A DNA stretch of 64,000 nt from Macrostomum hystrix (lineage: Eukaryota > Animalia > Platyhelminthes). Below are positions 25,801 through 39,040 of the stretch, in pieces. Location of the stretch: assembly GCA_950097015.1 (NCBI GenBank), contig CATNEN010000007.1:6262001-6326000 (forward strand). Direction: 5' to 3'. The notes under the pieces were generated by a model, which worked only from the letters and a program-made list of their open reading frames with translations, was not told where the DNA came from and made no database searches. A program made the position numbers and the translations under genes. Each line of letters opens with the position of its first letter. The first letter of the stretch is position 1.

Positions 25801-27807
25801 GCAGCGGAACTCGGCGTCAGCAACAGTTGAGTGCGGGTTCGGGAGCTTAGTAGACAGCTTAATATACCAGCATCAGCAGGATATTCTCAGGTGGTGAGTG
25901 AGCATGATCTAATTCCCTCCGGTGTGCCGGGAGGATGGTTTTGCAGACGGTCTTCGCCTATTGGCGATCAGGTGGGTGCGATGGCGGCGTTCGCAGAGGA
26001 GCCTAAAGGGGTCATCGACTGGCCTGCGGAGGGTTTCTGGAACGCAGTCAGGGCGCGCGGCAACGAGCTTCCGTGGTGATAGGATCGGTGTAGGATAGGT
26101 AGATGGCGGCGTAGAGCAGGTAGATAGGTAGATAGCTACCGTGGGCGTAGCTGAGCAGGGAAGTCACGTGTCCACCCGGTGGGCGTTGCTTGTATCCAGT
26201 TCGTCGAGACGGGTCAGCCGCAGTCTGGACAGTCCACGCTGCTGTTTTCGTCGTTGATTTTGTTGTTGATTATTTTGTTGTTGTCTGCGGACTGTGCTCC
26301 AATCCTAGCAGCCAGCCCAAGTCTCGGCTCTTCAGGTGAGAACGAACCCTCGAGGCCGCTGTCAGAGGGAGCCACAACCAACGTCTCCTGGAGAAGTGGT
26401 GACCGAATCCCGGCACTATTTGCCGCTCAATGGAAGCCAGGCGTTGCTAGTTTGCCTTCTGCGGAAGACTGGTGGACTAAAGTAGAATTGCTTATTGATA
26501 TAAATTGATATTGCTTTTGTTTTATAACCATACTATGCACATTATGCAGTTGCATGTCAAGTTTCCCGTGCGTCATGGTGGCATAATTCATACGAGCTAT
26601 TAGTCCAGAAAGCTGACATCCATTTCTTCGTAAGTAAGGCAGAATATATTTAGGAGAAAAATTAAACCACCAAGGGCAAACTGTTTAAAAATTTCTGCAA
26701 AATCTAACACAAAAAGCGACTTCCTAATTATAATATTCCTACGTGTTAAACTGTATTTTTGTGCGATGCACTGTTTAATTGTAGTGAGTTTTTGTACTAT
26801 AGTTTAAATAAGTTCTTGAACGCAAGTTTTATAAGAAACCACACTAAAAACGAAAGATGTACTGTACCTGCCTGGCGGCTGGTTTTTGGGTGGTTTGCAG
26901 GTTGTTAATTTTTCGTATTGTACAATTTCTCAGGTATAGGTGTGTAAGGTTATAGCTAAATATTCTTCATTAATTTATAAAATTTCAATAGTTTTTCATC
27001 AGGGATGTATTGCAGAAGTAGAATTAGGTCTTGCTAATTTCTCGTTTCTACAAGGAAGTACGAATATTTCATCAGTTGTTACCAAATCATGCATTGGCCT
27101 TTTCTTTGTAATACAATCCAATCATTTTAAAGTATTTGTTAGGTTATATTTTACTTTTATTAATTTCAGTTTTTTCACATGCAAATTGCATCTACATTTT
27201 TGTTCACATGCCTTCTGTTCCACATTCAGAATTGTTTTGACTGCAGGAAAGTTTAGCTTGGACCCTACTGTCATGCAGAAAAAGTGCAATATTCTTTTTG
27301 CACAGAATGTTTGCCTTTATGATGCCATAACTGTATATGCATAATAAAGGTGTGATACTTTATGTTTGCAGCTATTTGCAAAAACATTTATCTATCATAA
27401 TTCTCACTTTCTTAAAACATAGGGCCTAATGGCTTAAGAGGTGAGTATAAAGCAGTCTATCCAATGCTATTGCATTTAGCATCAAGATCCTTGACTTCAA
27501 TTCCATAATTAAGAAAATATCAACAATCAAATTTGAAGGGTATATTGTGGTCACTTAGGTGACAAATGACAATGGACCCAAAGCCAGCAAAGTGGCTATT
27601 CTGCCAATTTTGCAGGCTCCTTAGCCCATATATATATATATATATATAGGCAATAGGCAATAACATGCTCATTCAGGTAGGCCTATATATCTGACCTGAA
27701 TTTCTCATATTTAGGCAGTTAATTACTAGGGCCTACACTTTCACTGTGCAAATTACAAGAAAAGCCACCAAACCTCTACTCCATAGCTGTTCATTTGGTG
27801 ACACTAA

Positions 27808-27985
27808 ACACAGCCAGTGAGGAGGCAATTCTGCCCATTTCACCAACTCCAGAGCATTCACACACAAATTCTGTAGCCTTCTATTTGCAGCTGCACCCCA
27901 AATCAATGTGGCCTTGCTGTGGAATCAAGCTCAGTGACCTTAGTGTGAAAGACAAACATGTTAACTACTCTGCAACCAACCCCTG
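27808..27985 (-). mobile_element. Decayed, internally deleted copy of SINE family 1
   Basis: Colinear similarity to 19718-19790 and 19925-20018 (GAGGAGGCAATTCTGCCCATTTC; CCCCAAAT.AATGTGGCCT..GGAATC). Confidence 0.85.
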
Positions 27986-28435
27986 TGCAAAATTGAAACA
28001 CATTGCCACTTTGCTACTCACTCCCTAGCTAAATTCCATAGCAAGGCAAGAAAAAAAATTAGGGCACACAGCCATCAAAAAGAATATTATCATATGTTTT
28101 TCCATTGAGTATTGACTTCCAAGCTCAAATGCATTTATTTTCCAAAATAATGTAATAATGTAATAATGTAATGTAAATAATGTAAATAATGTAATTTAAC
28201 TTTCATAAAATTAATTTAGAATTTTATTTGTAGTGTGAACTAATATTTATAACAAACTTGAACAATACATTTCCAGTTCACTATTTAGAAGTTAGCTGTG
28301 CTTTGGGCTCAATCTGTTATACATTGAATTTACAAAGATCCTAAATATACTGCAAACTTGTGAGCCCCAGTCAACATTTGCTAGTTGAAGTCTGATCAAA
28401 ATAACAGAAACAGGTTAGTAAGGCACAAGTCAGGC

Positions 28436-30978
28436 ATGGAGGCCTCACTAGCTGAGCAGCTGCGAGCTGCAGCCAGTCAGGGCCAGGTTGGACTTGTTGG
28501 CGAGCTGCTGCGGGCCAAGGCTGCGATTGAGCCTGACAAGGTAAGTTTTTTATTTACTATCTACTAATTAGATGACCAGGTATTTTGCCATGGAAGTGAG
28601 GGTATAGATAATTAGTGCCTTTTTCCTGAGCCGAGGTAATATAAGTGCGAATTAAGGATTTGCATAGTTTTAGGTGCCTATTTATTGGCGCGCTGCACCA
28701 ATCTGATCCACCAGGAAGGCCGCCTGGCTCTGCACCTCGCCGCTGCGGGCGGTCACGTCCAGATCTGCCGTCTCCTGCTCGACGCTGGAGCGCCAGTGAG
28801 CGCAGGCGACGCGCACGGCGTCACGCCACTGCAGCTGGCGGCGCGTCACGGCCACGCCCAGCTCGCCCAGCTGCTAGTCGACGCTGGCGCCGACACTAAC
28901 GCCAGGGAAGAACGGCGAGGCGGCAACTCGCCATTGCACGACGCCGCCTGGCAGGGCTACTCGCGTACCGTCGACCTGCTTTGCCGAGCCGGCAGCGACG
29001 CCAACGCCGAGAATCACGCCCTGGCAACGCCGCTTCACCTGGCCGTGCAGAATGGCCACAATGAGTGCACGCGCACCCTGCTGCACGCCGGCGCCGACCC
29101 AAATAGACAGAACACGTTCGGCGACACGGCCCTGCACACGGCGGCTCGCTACGGCCGGCCCGGCGTGGCGCGCATCCTGCTCAGCGCCGGGCCAGTGACC
29201 CGGGTCAATTGTCGCAACAAGAACGGCGACTCGGCGCTGCACGTGGCCGCCGCGCTTCGCCGTCGCCGCATCGCCAGGATGCTGCTGGACTGCCGGGCCG
29301 ATCCTGGCATGCGCAACCAGCAGGGCGAGTCGCCAGTGGACGTTGCCAGGAGGAAGGGTTACTCGGACATCGTGCAGCTGCTGCTGGGTCTGGCCTCTGC
29401 AGCGTCTGTGTCTGTTAGCTCAGGCGGATCCGTTGCCGCTGTGGCTTTGCGGCAGCAGCAGCAGCAGCACATGCTGCATCATCAGCTGCATCAGCAGCAG
29501 CAGCATCCTGGCGGACCGTCTGACAGCGGTCACGGATCTGCTGGCACGGACGCCGTAGTCCAGTTCATGATGCCGCCGGGTGATTCCGGTCAGCCTTCGC
29601 CTCCTCCGCCGCCGCCGCCTCCTAAGCAGTTGACGCAACCTTTGACACCTCCCGCAGTGCAGCAGCAGCAAAAGAAAAAGTCGAAGTCAAAGCTGCTGAA
29701 ATGGTCCGTATTTTCAATCTTCCGCCGTGCCGGTAGCGGCAAAAATCAGCTGAGCAAGCAGCAACAGCAGCAGCAGCTGCTGCCTGGCTCGGTTTCCGCC
29801 CCGCCCCCGGTTGTGCCGGCCCAGGTCGCCAGTCGGCACCAGCCGGTCACTTTCTACACGGATCTTGGGGGCAACCTGCGGCAGGGGCCTTCGGTGAGTC
29901 TATACTCAGACTCTTGTTTGGTTGAACTCATCTTTCTAATCCCATAGCCCCCTCATCCGCGCCCCGCAGTACGTGGCCTCGAGCAACTGCACCTGCCAGT
30001 TGAATCCGCACTCGTGCATCGAGCACGGCTTCCGTGAATGGCACGGCCACATCGGCAACGCCCCTGTCTATGCGGCTCATCCCCGCCTGCCGGCCACCGC
30101 GACAGCTGTCCAGCCTCCGTCTCAGCTGCATCATCACCAGCTGCCGCCGCAGCAGCGGTTGTATCGGACGCGTAGTGACGAATCGCTGTCAATGTCCGGT
30201 CACAAGGTGCGAACCCAGGCCGCCAAGTCCAGGGCCCGGGCTCAGCAGCAACAGCTGCTCATGGGCTTCGGCGTTGGCGCCGGCTCCGCAGCTGCTGCAG
30301 CGGCCGCAGCCGCCGCCGCGGCGGCCCAGTTTGGTCAGCCGCAGTTTGGTAGGCGCGGCCCCACTGCTGCTCAGCAGCAGCAGCAAGATTATCTGCAGCA
30401 GTTTAGCAGTGCAGTCACAACTGGGCCAATGGACACTGCAATGGCTTGGAGACAGGGTAGGCATTATCAATCCCTTCTACTTCGTATTTGTTTGGAATAT
30501 TTTAATTAGGGAATATCATTATTTACTGTGTTGAAACACTACGTTTTGAAAGCAATTAATTCACACTGTATATGGTCATGAAGATACACAGTGAATGGTC
30601 ATGAAGTCCCTTATTCTCGCAGCGGGCCTGCTGGACGATCACCGAATCGCCCCAGTTGGTCAGCTGCATCGCGATTCTACCGCCTCTCCCGGGCCCTACG
30701 GCAGCCTTGGCGGTGGCGGAGACGGCGGCGTCGGCGGCTTCGACGACGAAGACGAAGACGAGGAGCAGCTGCAGGGCAACGCTGGGCCCGCCAGGCTCGG
30801 GGGCTCGCTGCAGCGACACCATCGATTTCGCCGGCACCGCCATGCCGCTGCCAGCAGTGACGGCGACTCCGACTCGCTGAGCGAAGCCGATGCCGACAAC
30901 GACGCCGACGATGACGAGGAGGAGGATGAGGCTGCCGGCCGCCGCCGCAGAGGCAGCCTGCTCAATCCCGCCCTGTGA
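28436..30978 (+). CDS. ANKRD6: Ankyrin repeat protein ANKRD6/diversin (diego); exons 28436-28540, 28715-29893, 29970-30456, 30623-30978
   Basis: About 8 ankyrin repeats in the diversin order (LHDAAWQGYS, LHLAVQNGHNECTRTLL, GDTALHTAARYG, GDSALHVAAAL), FYTDLGGNLRQGP..CTC motif; phases consistent. Confidence 0.85.
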
Positions 30979-31647
30979 CCCTGGTGAACTTTGAGCTTTG
31001 TGATTGGGTCTTTGTGTCTGTGCATTTGTTTTACTGTTCTCAGATGGGCACTAATAATACTGGCCCAGATCATTTCTAGTTTTACAAATCTAATAGCATT
31101 TAAATAGCTAATTTTATACAGCTTATAAAGCTCTCGCGTTGCCAATGACTCGTCTTTCTCCGCATTTTTGTCCTCATTTTTCACTGATTTTTTTAGACAT
31201 TATCGATATCTGCGAGAACCTGAAACTGCTCAGAGTAGAATAATGAGTACTGTCAATACTAGAATAATAAATGAAGCACAGAAGCGATTTTTATCATTCT
31301 ATTATATCGTTGCATTCTAATAATTTTATATCAATGTATACACCAATCTATATGTATGCTCATACATTATGGAATTGCTTGTCTTAATATAGCCTATAGC
31401 CGTGCCCTCTCCGCGGCCCTTGTTTTACACCCAACACCTGCCCAAACTGGCCGTTCCCATATGCCATGCAGTGGCAAAGGCATTTGTTTCAACCGAATTT
31501 TCCCAGCCTGTCCGCTTCTATTTTTTGACAGTTCAGTAACTGGACCAACCACCAGTTTGCTGTTGCGTTACTAATTATAATATACATTTTCGTACTCGAT
31601 TGAGCTTTTCGGAGCCGTATGACGTCACTTTTATTACACTTTTCATT

Positions 31648-32478
31648 TGCTAGAATGCTAGACTGCCTGACCTCCCACAGCTGCTAGAATGCTAGACTGC
31701 CTGACCTCCCACTGCTAGACTGCCTGACCTCCCACATCTGCTAGACTGCCTGACCTCCCACTGCTAGACTGCCTGACTTCCCACAGCTGCTAGACTGCCT
31801 GACCTTCCACATCTGCTAGACTGCCTGACCTCCCACAGCTGCTAGACTGCCTGACCTCCCACAGCTGCTAGAATTCTAGACTGCCTGACCTCCCACAGCT
31901 GCTAGAATGCTAGACTGCCTGACCTCCCACTGCTAGACTGCCTGACCTCCCACATCTGCTAGACTGCCTGACCTCCCACTGCTAGACTGCCTGACCTCCC
32001 ACAGCTGCTAGACTGCCTGACCTCCCACAGCTGCTAGACTGCCTGACCTCCCACATCTGCTAGAATGCTAGACTGCCTGACCTCCCACTGCTAGACTGCC
32101 TGACCTCCCACATCTGCTAGACTGCCTGACCTCCCACTGCTAGACTGCCTGACCTCCCACAGCTGCTAGACTGCCTGACCTCCCACAGCTGCTAGACTGC
32201 CTGACCTCCCACATCTGCTAGAATGCTAGACTGCCTGACCTCCCACTGCTAGACTGCCTGACCTCCGACATCTGCTAGACTGCCTGACCTCCCACTGCTA
32301 GACTGCCTGACCTCCCACAGCTGCTAGAATGCTAGACTGCCTGACCTCCCACAGCTGCTAGAATGCTAGACTGCCTGACCTCCCACAGCTGCTAGAATTC
32401 TAGACTGCCTGACCTCCCACAGCTGCTAGAATGCTAGACTGCCTGACCTCCCACTGCTGCTAGACTGCCTGACCTCCC
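31648..32478. repeat. Modular minisatellite: 23-bp core CTGCTAGACTGCCTGACCTCCCA with optional CAG/CAT and AATGCTAG; 158-bp higher-order repeat
   Basis: Tandem units; GCTAGAATGCTAG recurs at 31901, 32059, 32217; ends 18 nt before an AG acceptor (32496). Confidence 0.95.
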
Positions 32479-32609
32479 TAAAAGCATTATTTTCAGCGAC
32501 TGAATCTCTGCTTCGGCATTCGACTGTGACTAGTGATCAACGGGCACTCAATACACTCCTAACCTGGCACCAAACAGCAGCAGCCGCCAAGCCTCGCCAA
32601 GACAGCGCC

Positions 32610-35600
32610 ATGCAACAGCACATCCAGACTGAAAGCGGCTACAGCAGTGTTTTCAGTGACGCCTCCATTAGATCAGATAGGCAAAAGATGGAAAGCGAGT
32701 TCGGCATTGATCGTTTGAAGCACCACTGCCGCACCTGCCTCAGCAAGGCTTGGGCCTCCGCCAACAGCGAAGAAATTAGCATTGCACCAGTCAGGTTGTA
32801 CTCTGGGTGGGTGTTTCGGCTGTTCACTGTTCAAAATTTGCCTGGTTTTACTGTTCTTTTTCTGATCAAAATAACCAAACTCGCCTACTTTAAGTAGAGC
32901 TTTCGAAAAAAAACGGTATGTTGAGCTGGAGATTGGCTGGATGGGAGCTGGAGATTGGCTGGATTGGAGCTGGAGATTGGCTGGATAGGAGCTGGAGATT
33001 GGCTGGATAGGAGCTGGAGATTGGCTGGATGGGAGCTGGAGATTGGCTGGATGGGAGCTGGAGATTGGCTGGATGGGAGCTGGAGATTGGCTGGATGGGA
33101 GCTGGATATTGGCTGGATGGGAGCTGGAGATTGGCTGGATGGGAGCTGAATATTGGCTGGATGAGAGCTGGAGATTGGCTGGATGGGAGCTGAATATTGG
33201 CTGGATGAGAGCTGGAGATTGGCTGGATAGGAGCTGGAGATTGGCTGGATGGGAGCTGGAGATTGGCTGGATGGGAGCTGGAGATTGGCTGGATGGGAGC
33301 TGGAGATTGGCTGGATGGGAGCTGGATATTGGCTGGATGGGAGCTGGAGATTGGCTGGATGGGAGCTGAATATTGGCTGGATGAGAGCTGGAGTTGGACT
33401 GTATAGTCAAAAATATCTTTAAGGTTAGATAATTAAATTGTTTCGATTTTTATGAATAAATTCAAACCAATCAGTTTTATTTGGTGCTGAACTTTAACAT
33501 TTAAGCCTGTGAGCTTAGGTAAAAACTGCTGCTGCTGTTTCAGCTGATTCTTATTCTGAGTTTATTTTCGCTTTGGTTTCAATAGTTTTTGCGTTCCGTT
33601 GCACTTCAAGGCAATCTAGTGTGTTCCAGGCAGCACAATAGCACAGAATTGTGCCTTGCCCATTGTCTGTAGCAGCAGAATATATTGTCTTTCAACCCAA
33701 ATCCTGTGTGATTCAAGCATCTTCACCTGCTGTCTTATTCATTTTAGCAAAGTCTTCTGACTGTCTGAATCGGAGCAGGGCATTTTGTTACGCGTGTTCT
33801 AATCTCCCCTAGGCTTGCTACAATGGAATGCAAAGTCTATGCATGATTTAGCCTGGCAGTGTTCCCTTATCAGCAGTGCTGTCAGATCCATTAAACTAGA
33901 TAAAAAGGGACTCAAGAGTAGAGAAACCAACAAGAAATACGCAGAGTAGAACTCTAAATCTGCTAGTCCTAGTTTTTTTACTTTTGTCAGAAATGTCGCA
34001 GAAAAACAGATCCGCAGCTTGTTTAACAACGGCCCAGGCTCAGGCCTTGTGCGCCAAGTATCTGGGCGAAGCCTGGGCCAGCGCTGGCGACACTTTTAGG
34101 CTCGAACAGATCAGGTTTTGCTACTAAAATCTTGTGTACAGACCTTAAACATATCCTCATCTAGTGGATCTAGGGATTTAGCGGATCTTCAGATCAAATA
34201 GGACATTTATTTATCAATGTGCTTTTCTTTTATTCTTTTGACGGCTTTTGATTTTGCAAATTAATTTTGGTAATGAACTTCAGTTTTTCGATACATATCG
34301 GTAATATATTTAATAACTTCCCATTCCAAATTTTAGTGGCGGCCTGAGCAACTACCTGTTTGTGGCCAGCCTAGACGAATCAGTGCAGCTGCACTCGAAC
34401 GAGCCCAATCGCGTCCTAATCCGCGTCTTCGGCGAGATCCTCAGCGGCAACGCCGAGTCCGTTGTCCTGGACTCCGTGATCTTCGCCCTGCTGTCCGAGA
34501 AGCGCATGGGCCCGCATCTGTACGGCGTGTTCAAAGGCGGCCGCATCGAGGAGTTTGTAGCGGACTCCGTGCCGCTGCTCAGGCAGCAGCTAAACGAGCC
34601 ACTTATCTACCGCGACATCTCCAAGCACCTGGCACGCCTGCACCGCCTTGAGATGCCGCTGTCCAAGGAGCCGCGATTCGTCTTCAAGATGATGCAGTCC
34701 TGGCTGCGCAACGTCAACGAAGTGCTCAGCGGCTTCACAGAGCAGGAGGAACCGGCGACGCGGCCCGGCTTCAATGCGACTCCTGTGGCGCAATTCCTGA
34801 CCGACTACCGCGTAAACGAGGAATTGGAATGGCTCAGGTTGGCTCCCATTTCGACCCAGTTTCTTGGAATGGCTCAGGTTGGCTCCCACTTCGACCCAGT
34901 TTCTTGGAATGGCTCAGGTTGGCTCCCATTTCGACCCAGTTTCTTGGAATGGCTCAGGTTGGCTCCCATTTCGACCCAGTTTCTTGGAATGGCTCAGGTT
35001 GGCTCCCATTTCGACCCAGTTTCTTGGAATGGCTCAGGTTGGCTCCCACTTCGACCCAGTTTCTTGGAATGGCTCAGGTTGGCTCCCATTTCGACCCAGT
35101 TTCTTGGAATGGCTCAGGTTGGCTCCCATTTCGACCCAGATTCTTGGAATGGGTCAGCCTTCCCAGATTCTTGGAATGGGTCAGTATTTATCTTAGAGAA
35201 TCAACAGTTGCAATCTGGTTTTGGAGTCTATTACCAACAAGAATAGCCCAAAGTTTAAGAATACTGGGAGGGTTGCGCAGCCTCCGTTGGGGGGTCTGTT
35301 GTAATTTACTAAATTGTCTACCTAGTCTAAGGCTTTCTCTATTGTGTATTTTTCTTATATTGTTTGCTCTCCAATCTAGGCTGTGATAAGCACACTCTTC
35401 ATACCATTTTGTATGTAAAAACGTAAATATTATTCAAAGATATGTTCTTTAGCATGACCTCGCAAGCACTAAAATATTCATCAATTGATTTTTAACTGAA
35501 GCGTTTTTTGTTTGCATCAGAAGCAACTATAACTTAAGTTGTACTTCTCGCAATAACTTGTTGTAAAGGAATAAGTACACCATTATACAACTGTACACAC

Positions 35601-37178
35601 TCATCAGTGCAGAGTTCTGTACACACTTATCAGTGCAGAGTTCTGTACACACTTATCAGTGCAGAGTTCTGTACACACTTATCAGTGCAGACTTCTGTAC
35701 ACACTCATCAGTGCAGAGTTCTGTACACACTTATCAGTGCAGAGTTCTGTACACACTCATCAGTGCAGAGTTCTGTACACACTTATCAGTGCAGAGTTCT
35801 GTACACAGTCATCAGTGCAGAGTTCTGTACACACTCATCAGTGCAGAGTTCTGTACACACTCATCAGTGCATGGCCTCCCACACTTCAGAGACGTATTCT
35901 ACAACCAGCTAAAGTCGCCAGTGCTGTTCTGTCACAACGACTTGCAAGAGAGTAAGCCAACCAAGTCAATTTTCATTTCCGAGTCGAGTGGACCCATTTC
36001 TATTCCTCTCTGTTGTTGGCATTTTGCAGACAATATCCTGCACTTCAAGGACGCCAACAGGCGGCAGGGCTTCAGTCTGCAGCTAATCGACTTCGAATAC
36101 TGCAGCTACAACTGGCGCGCCTTCGACATCGGCAACTTCTTCAACGAATGGTCGCTGGATTATACGCCGAGCGAATGGCCCTACTTCTCGCATCATCCCG
36201 AGAGCTTTCCTGACCGCGCCACCCAGCTGGCATTCTGGCGCTCCTACCTGCACTGGTTCGCGGAGCCCGAACTGGACCACAAGGTGCCAGAGTTCCCTAG
36301 CCGCGACTCGGACGGTGCCGTCACCGCTGCTGATACCGCTGCTGCTGCTTCTGCCAATGCTGATGATGACGAATCGTCGGATAACATCAGTTCAGTTGTC
36401 ATCAACGACAACAACGAGGACAAGATCGACGAGGAGGCCCTACTGCTGGAGGCCAAGTACGGAGCCCTGATGTCGCATTTCTTCTGGTCTGTCTGGTCCC
36501 TGCTGCAGGCGTCCGTTTCCAGCATTCACTTCGACTTTAAGGTTAGCTAATTAGCAGGCTAACCGAAGCTGTGTCTTCAGACACCGTTATAACACTTCTC
36601 TAGCGACTCGAACACTCTATTGCGACTTAAACACTTTTCTAGCAACTCAAACACTTCCCTAGCAACTCAAACACTTCCCTAGCGACTCAAACACTTCCCT
36701 AGCAACTTAAACTTCTCTAGCGACTCAAACGCCTCTCTAGCAAGTCAAACTTCTCTAGTGACTCAAACACTTCCCTAGCAACTCAAACACTTCCCTAGCA
36801 ACTTGAACTTCTCTAGCGACTCAAAAGCTTCTCTATTAACTCAAACGTTTCTCTAGCGACTCAAACACTTCCATGGACATGTGGAGTTTTAGGTTGTCGG
36901 GCACTAGGGTCTGGGTTGGGTGTGAGCACTGGCTTGTGAATTATTCATTGAAGTTGGTTTTTCAGAACTTTTGAGACACATTTTAAAGCTTTTCTTATGA
37001 TATTGTAGTTGAAATGGTGAAAATACGCCCGCACACTACTCTCATGGCGCATTGTCAGTAGTACTATTCTAGCAAGTAGTTTTCCAATTTTCAGGAGTAC
37101 GCCCAGGTCCGATTTCGCCTCTATGCCCGACTGAAAGAGGAGATCACTGGACAGCCTAGCGGATTGCCCACGCAGTGA
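32610..37178 (+). CDS. Choline/ethanolamine kinase; alternative first exons 32610-32794 or 33993-34114, then 34337-34837, 35890-35951, 36030-36541, 37095-37178
   Basis: SGGLSNYLF, VLIRVFG, FALLSEKRMGPHLYGVF.GGRIEEF, Brenner motif CHNDLQENNIL, LIDFEYCSYNWRAFDIGNFFNEW, SHFFWSVWSLLQ, EYAQVRF; all splice phases consistent. Confidence 0.93.
32922..33398. repeat. 22-bp minisatellite (GGAGATTGGCTGGATGGGAGCT), ~21 copies, intronic
   Basis: Tandem periodicity between the two alternative first exons. Confidence 0.95.
34824..35184. repeat. 40-bp minisatellite spanning an exon/intron junction, 8 full copies plus partials
   Basis: Unit TTGGAATGGCTCAG|GTTGGCTCCCATTTCGACCCAGTTTC at 34824+40n. Confidence 0.97.
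35591..35871. repeat. 26-bp minisatellite (TGTACACACTYATCAGTGCAGAGTTC), ~11 copies
   Basis: Tandem periodicity; ends ~18 nt before the acceptor at 35889. Confidence 0.95.
36590..36872. repeat. Degenerate 19-21-bp minisatellite (CTAGCRACTCAAACACTTCY)
   Basis: About 14 diverged units starting ~50 nt after the donor at 36542. Confidence 0.85.
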
Positions 37179-38003
37179 TATTCCGACATTTTAGTTATCT
37201 AAATAAATTGTCCTGCATTACAATGATTCATTGTAATAGGTTATTCTTTGGTTTCAGATTTCAAGATGTGCACCGACTTCCTGAAAAAAAGAAATATTAA
37301 TGCAAGCTCTGAAGCGTGGTTATTGCTTTTGTCTTGCTATGCATTATTGCAATTTTTAAAGAGAGTCACTAAAAAATCTTGCTTTTAGTTGATGCGGAAA
37401 AAGCGCAAAAATGCTTTCATTGTTTTATCTATCTACTGCTGGGAAGTCTGGAGGATGAAATAAATATTCTAATTCTTGAGCGGCTTGTGCAATGCTTTCC
37501 TGGAATTCAATTTTACCTTTTTGTTTGTCTTTTGCTGGTTTACTTTGTTGGCAAAATTATTGGTTGCTTTTTGTTCTTCATCACTTGTGTCTGGATCAGC
37601 TCTCACAGGACACTTTCTTGTCTTTCTCTCCCGCCATTTCTCTTGCTGTCTTTATACACTCTCTCTCACTCCCTGTCTCTATCCTGGTTTCTGTCTGTCT
37701 CCTTCTCTTGTCTTCCGCCATCTCTCCTCTCATTTTTTCTCTCCCCTTCCTCTGAATGCGATTGCAAAATCTCATACTATCGCCTGCAATAGTCGAAAAC
37801 TTATACAGATTTTTCAGTTTTGATTTTCTGAAATTTCGGCGTCACCGAAAAAAATAAAATTTTATACAGAAGTATTTGTGCAAAGCTTTTCAATTCTACC
37901 ACTTGTGAATCTGCCTGCAGTCAGACTGTGCAGTAGAACTTTGATTTGTTCATGAGAGTTTATCATGAATTTCTTTTTGTTTGTACAGTAAAATGAAATA
38001 AAA

Positions 38004-38308
38004 ATTAACATAATTTATTGCACCTCCCCCTATTGGGCCAGATGTGCAGCCGACAGCACAGCCGCAGCTATTGCGCGGCGCATCTGGAGACTGTTTATGG
38101 CTGTTCAGTCCATGGACTGGGGGCACGCCCCACCCACCCTCAATTACCCCAGCTAATGCTCGCACCTATTTATCAGCTGGGTGAACTGAAGCAATGCAGA
38201 GTTAAGTGTCTTGCTAAAGGACGCAAATTGTTCCAGTGGAGTCGGGAATCGAACCTCCGACCTTCTAGTCGTGAGTCCGACGCTCTGACCACATGTTATG
38301 CAACCTCT
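38004..38308 (-). mobile_element. tRNA-derived CORE-type SINE (family 2) with 17-bp TSD
   Basis: Minus-strand A box TGGTCAGAGCG and B box GGTTCGATTCCC; segment GAACTGAAGCAATGCAGAGTTAAGTGTCTTGC resembles the MIR CORE; TSD AGTAAAATGAAATAAAA at 37987-38003 and 38309-38325. Confidence 0.85.
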
Positions 38309-38924
38309 AGTAAAATGAAATAAAATCAGAGAAAATAACTTGCTACAAGAGGCTCGACCTCGGCTGAAATGAGCTTATTTGAATGTCCAATTTACCTGTA
38401 TACTGATGAGTAAGGCGGAGTTGCAGGGTGGCTAGCAGACAGGAAGCACTGGACTTGGCGAAGGGCGGTTATACTTATAGCTGGCAAATTTACATTTGCT
38501 CAATGCGACTACCTCATTAAATGCCTAAACACAGCTAGCTAAATTGGGGTTAAAATTACGGGGGACAGGTACAACACACGCGCACGAAAGCCCAATATTG
38601 AGGCCAGTTGCATATGCGGCTTTTGTGCAACAAGAAACTAAAACTAAAAGCAATATTTAAAATCGAGAAACAATTTCCGTTTGAGAAAAAAGTGAGCATG
38701 AGAGAAAGCTATCACTGAGTAATTCAGAATTAGCAATTGATCTCGTGTACTGCTATGGCGGATCGGGTCAAAACAAGAGAATTGCGCATTATGTTCTGCG
38801 CTAAACTAATTTAGAAGCTCGATTACATTTCGCGGCTGCTACTACTGATAGAAATTAACTAGTTCCTTCCCCGGATTCTCAGTACATCATGCAGGAATAT
38901 AAGCATCTACATTATCCCATTATC

Positions 38925-39040
38925 ATACCTGATGTCATTGGATCATGACCCTGTAACACCTGAACACCTGATGTCATTGGATCATGATCCTGTAACACCC
39001 GTACACCTGAAGCCATGGGATCATGATCCTGTAACAATGA
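38925..39040. repeat. Short ~39-bp tandem repeat x3 (CCTGATGTCATTGGATCATGAYCCTGTAACA)
   Basis: Three imperfect copies downstream of the RA-PDZ stop codon. Confidence 0.75.
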
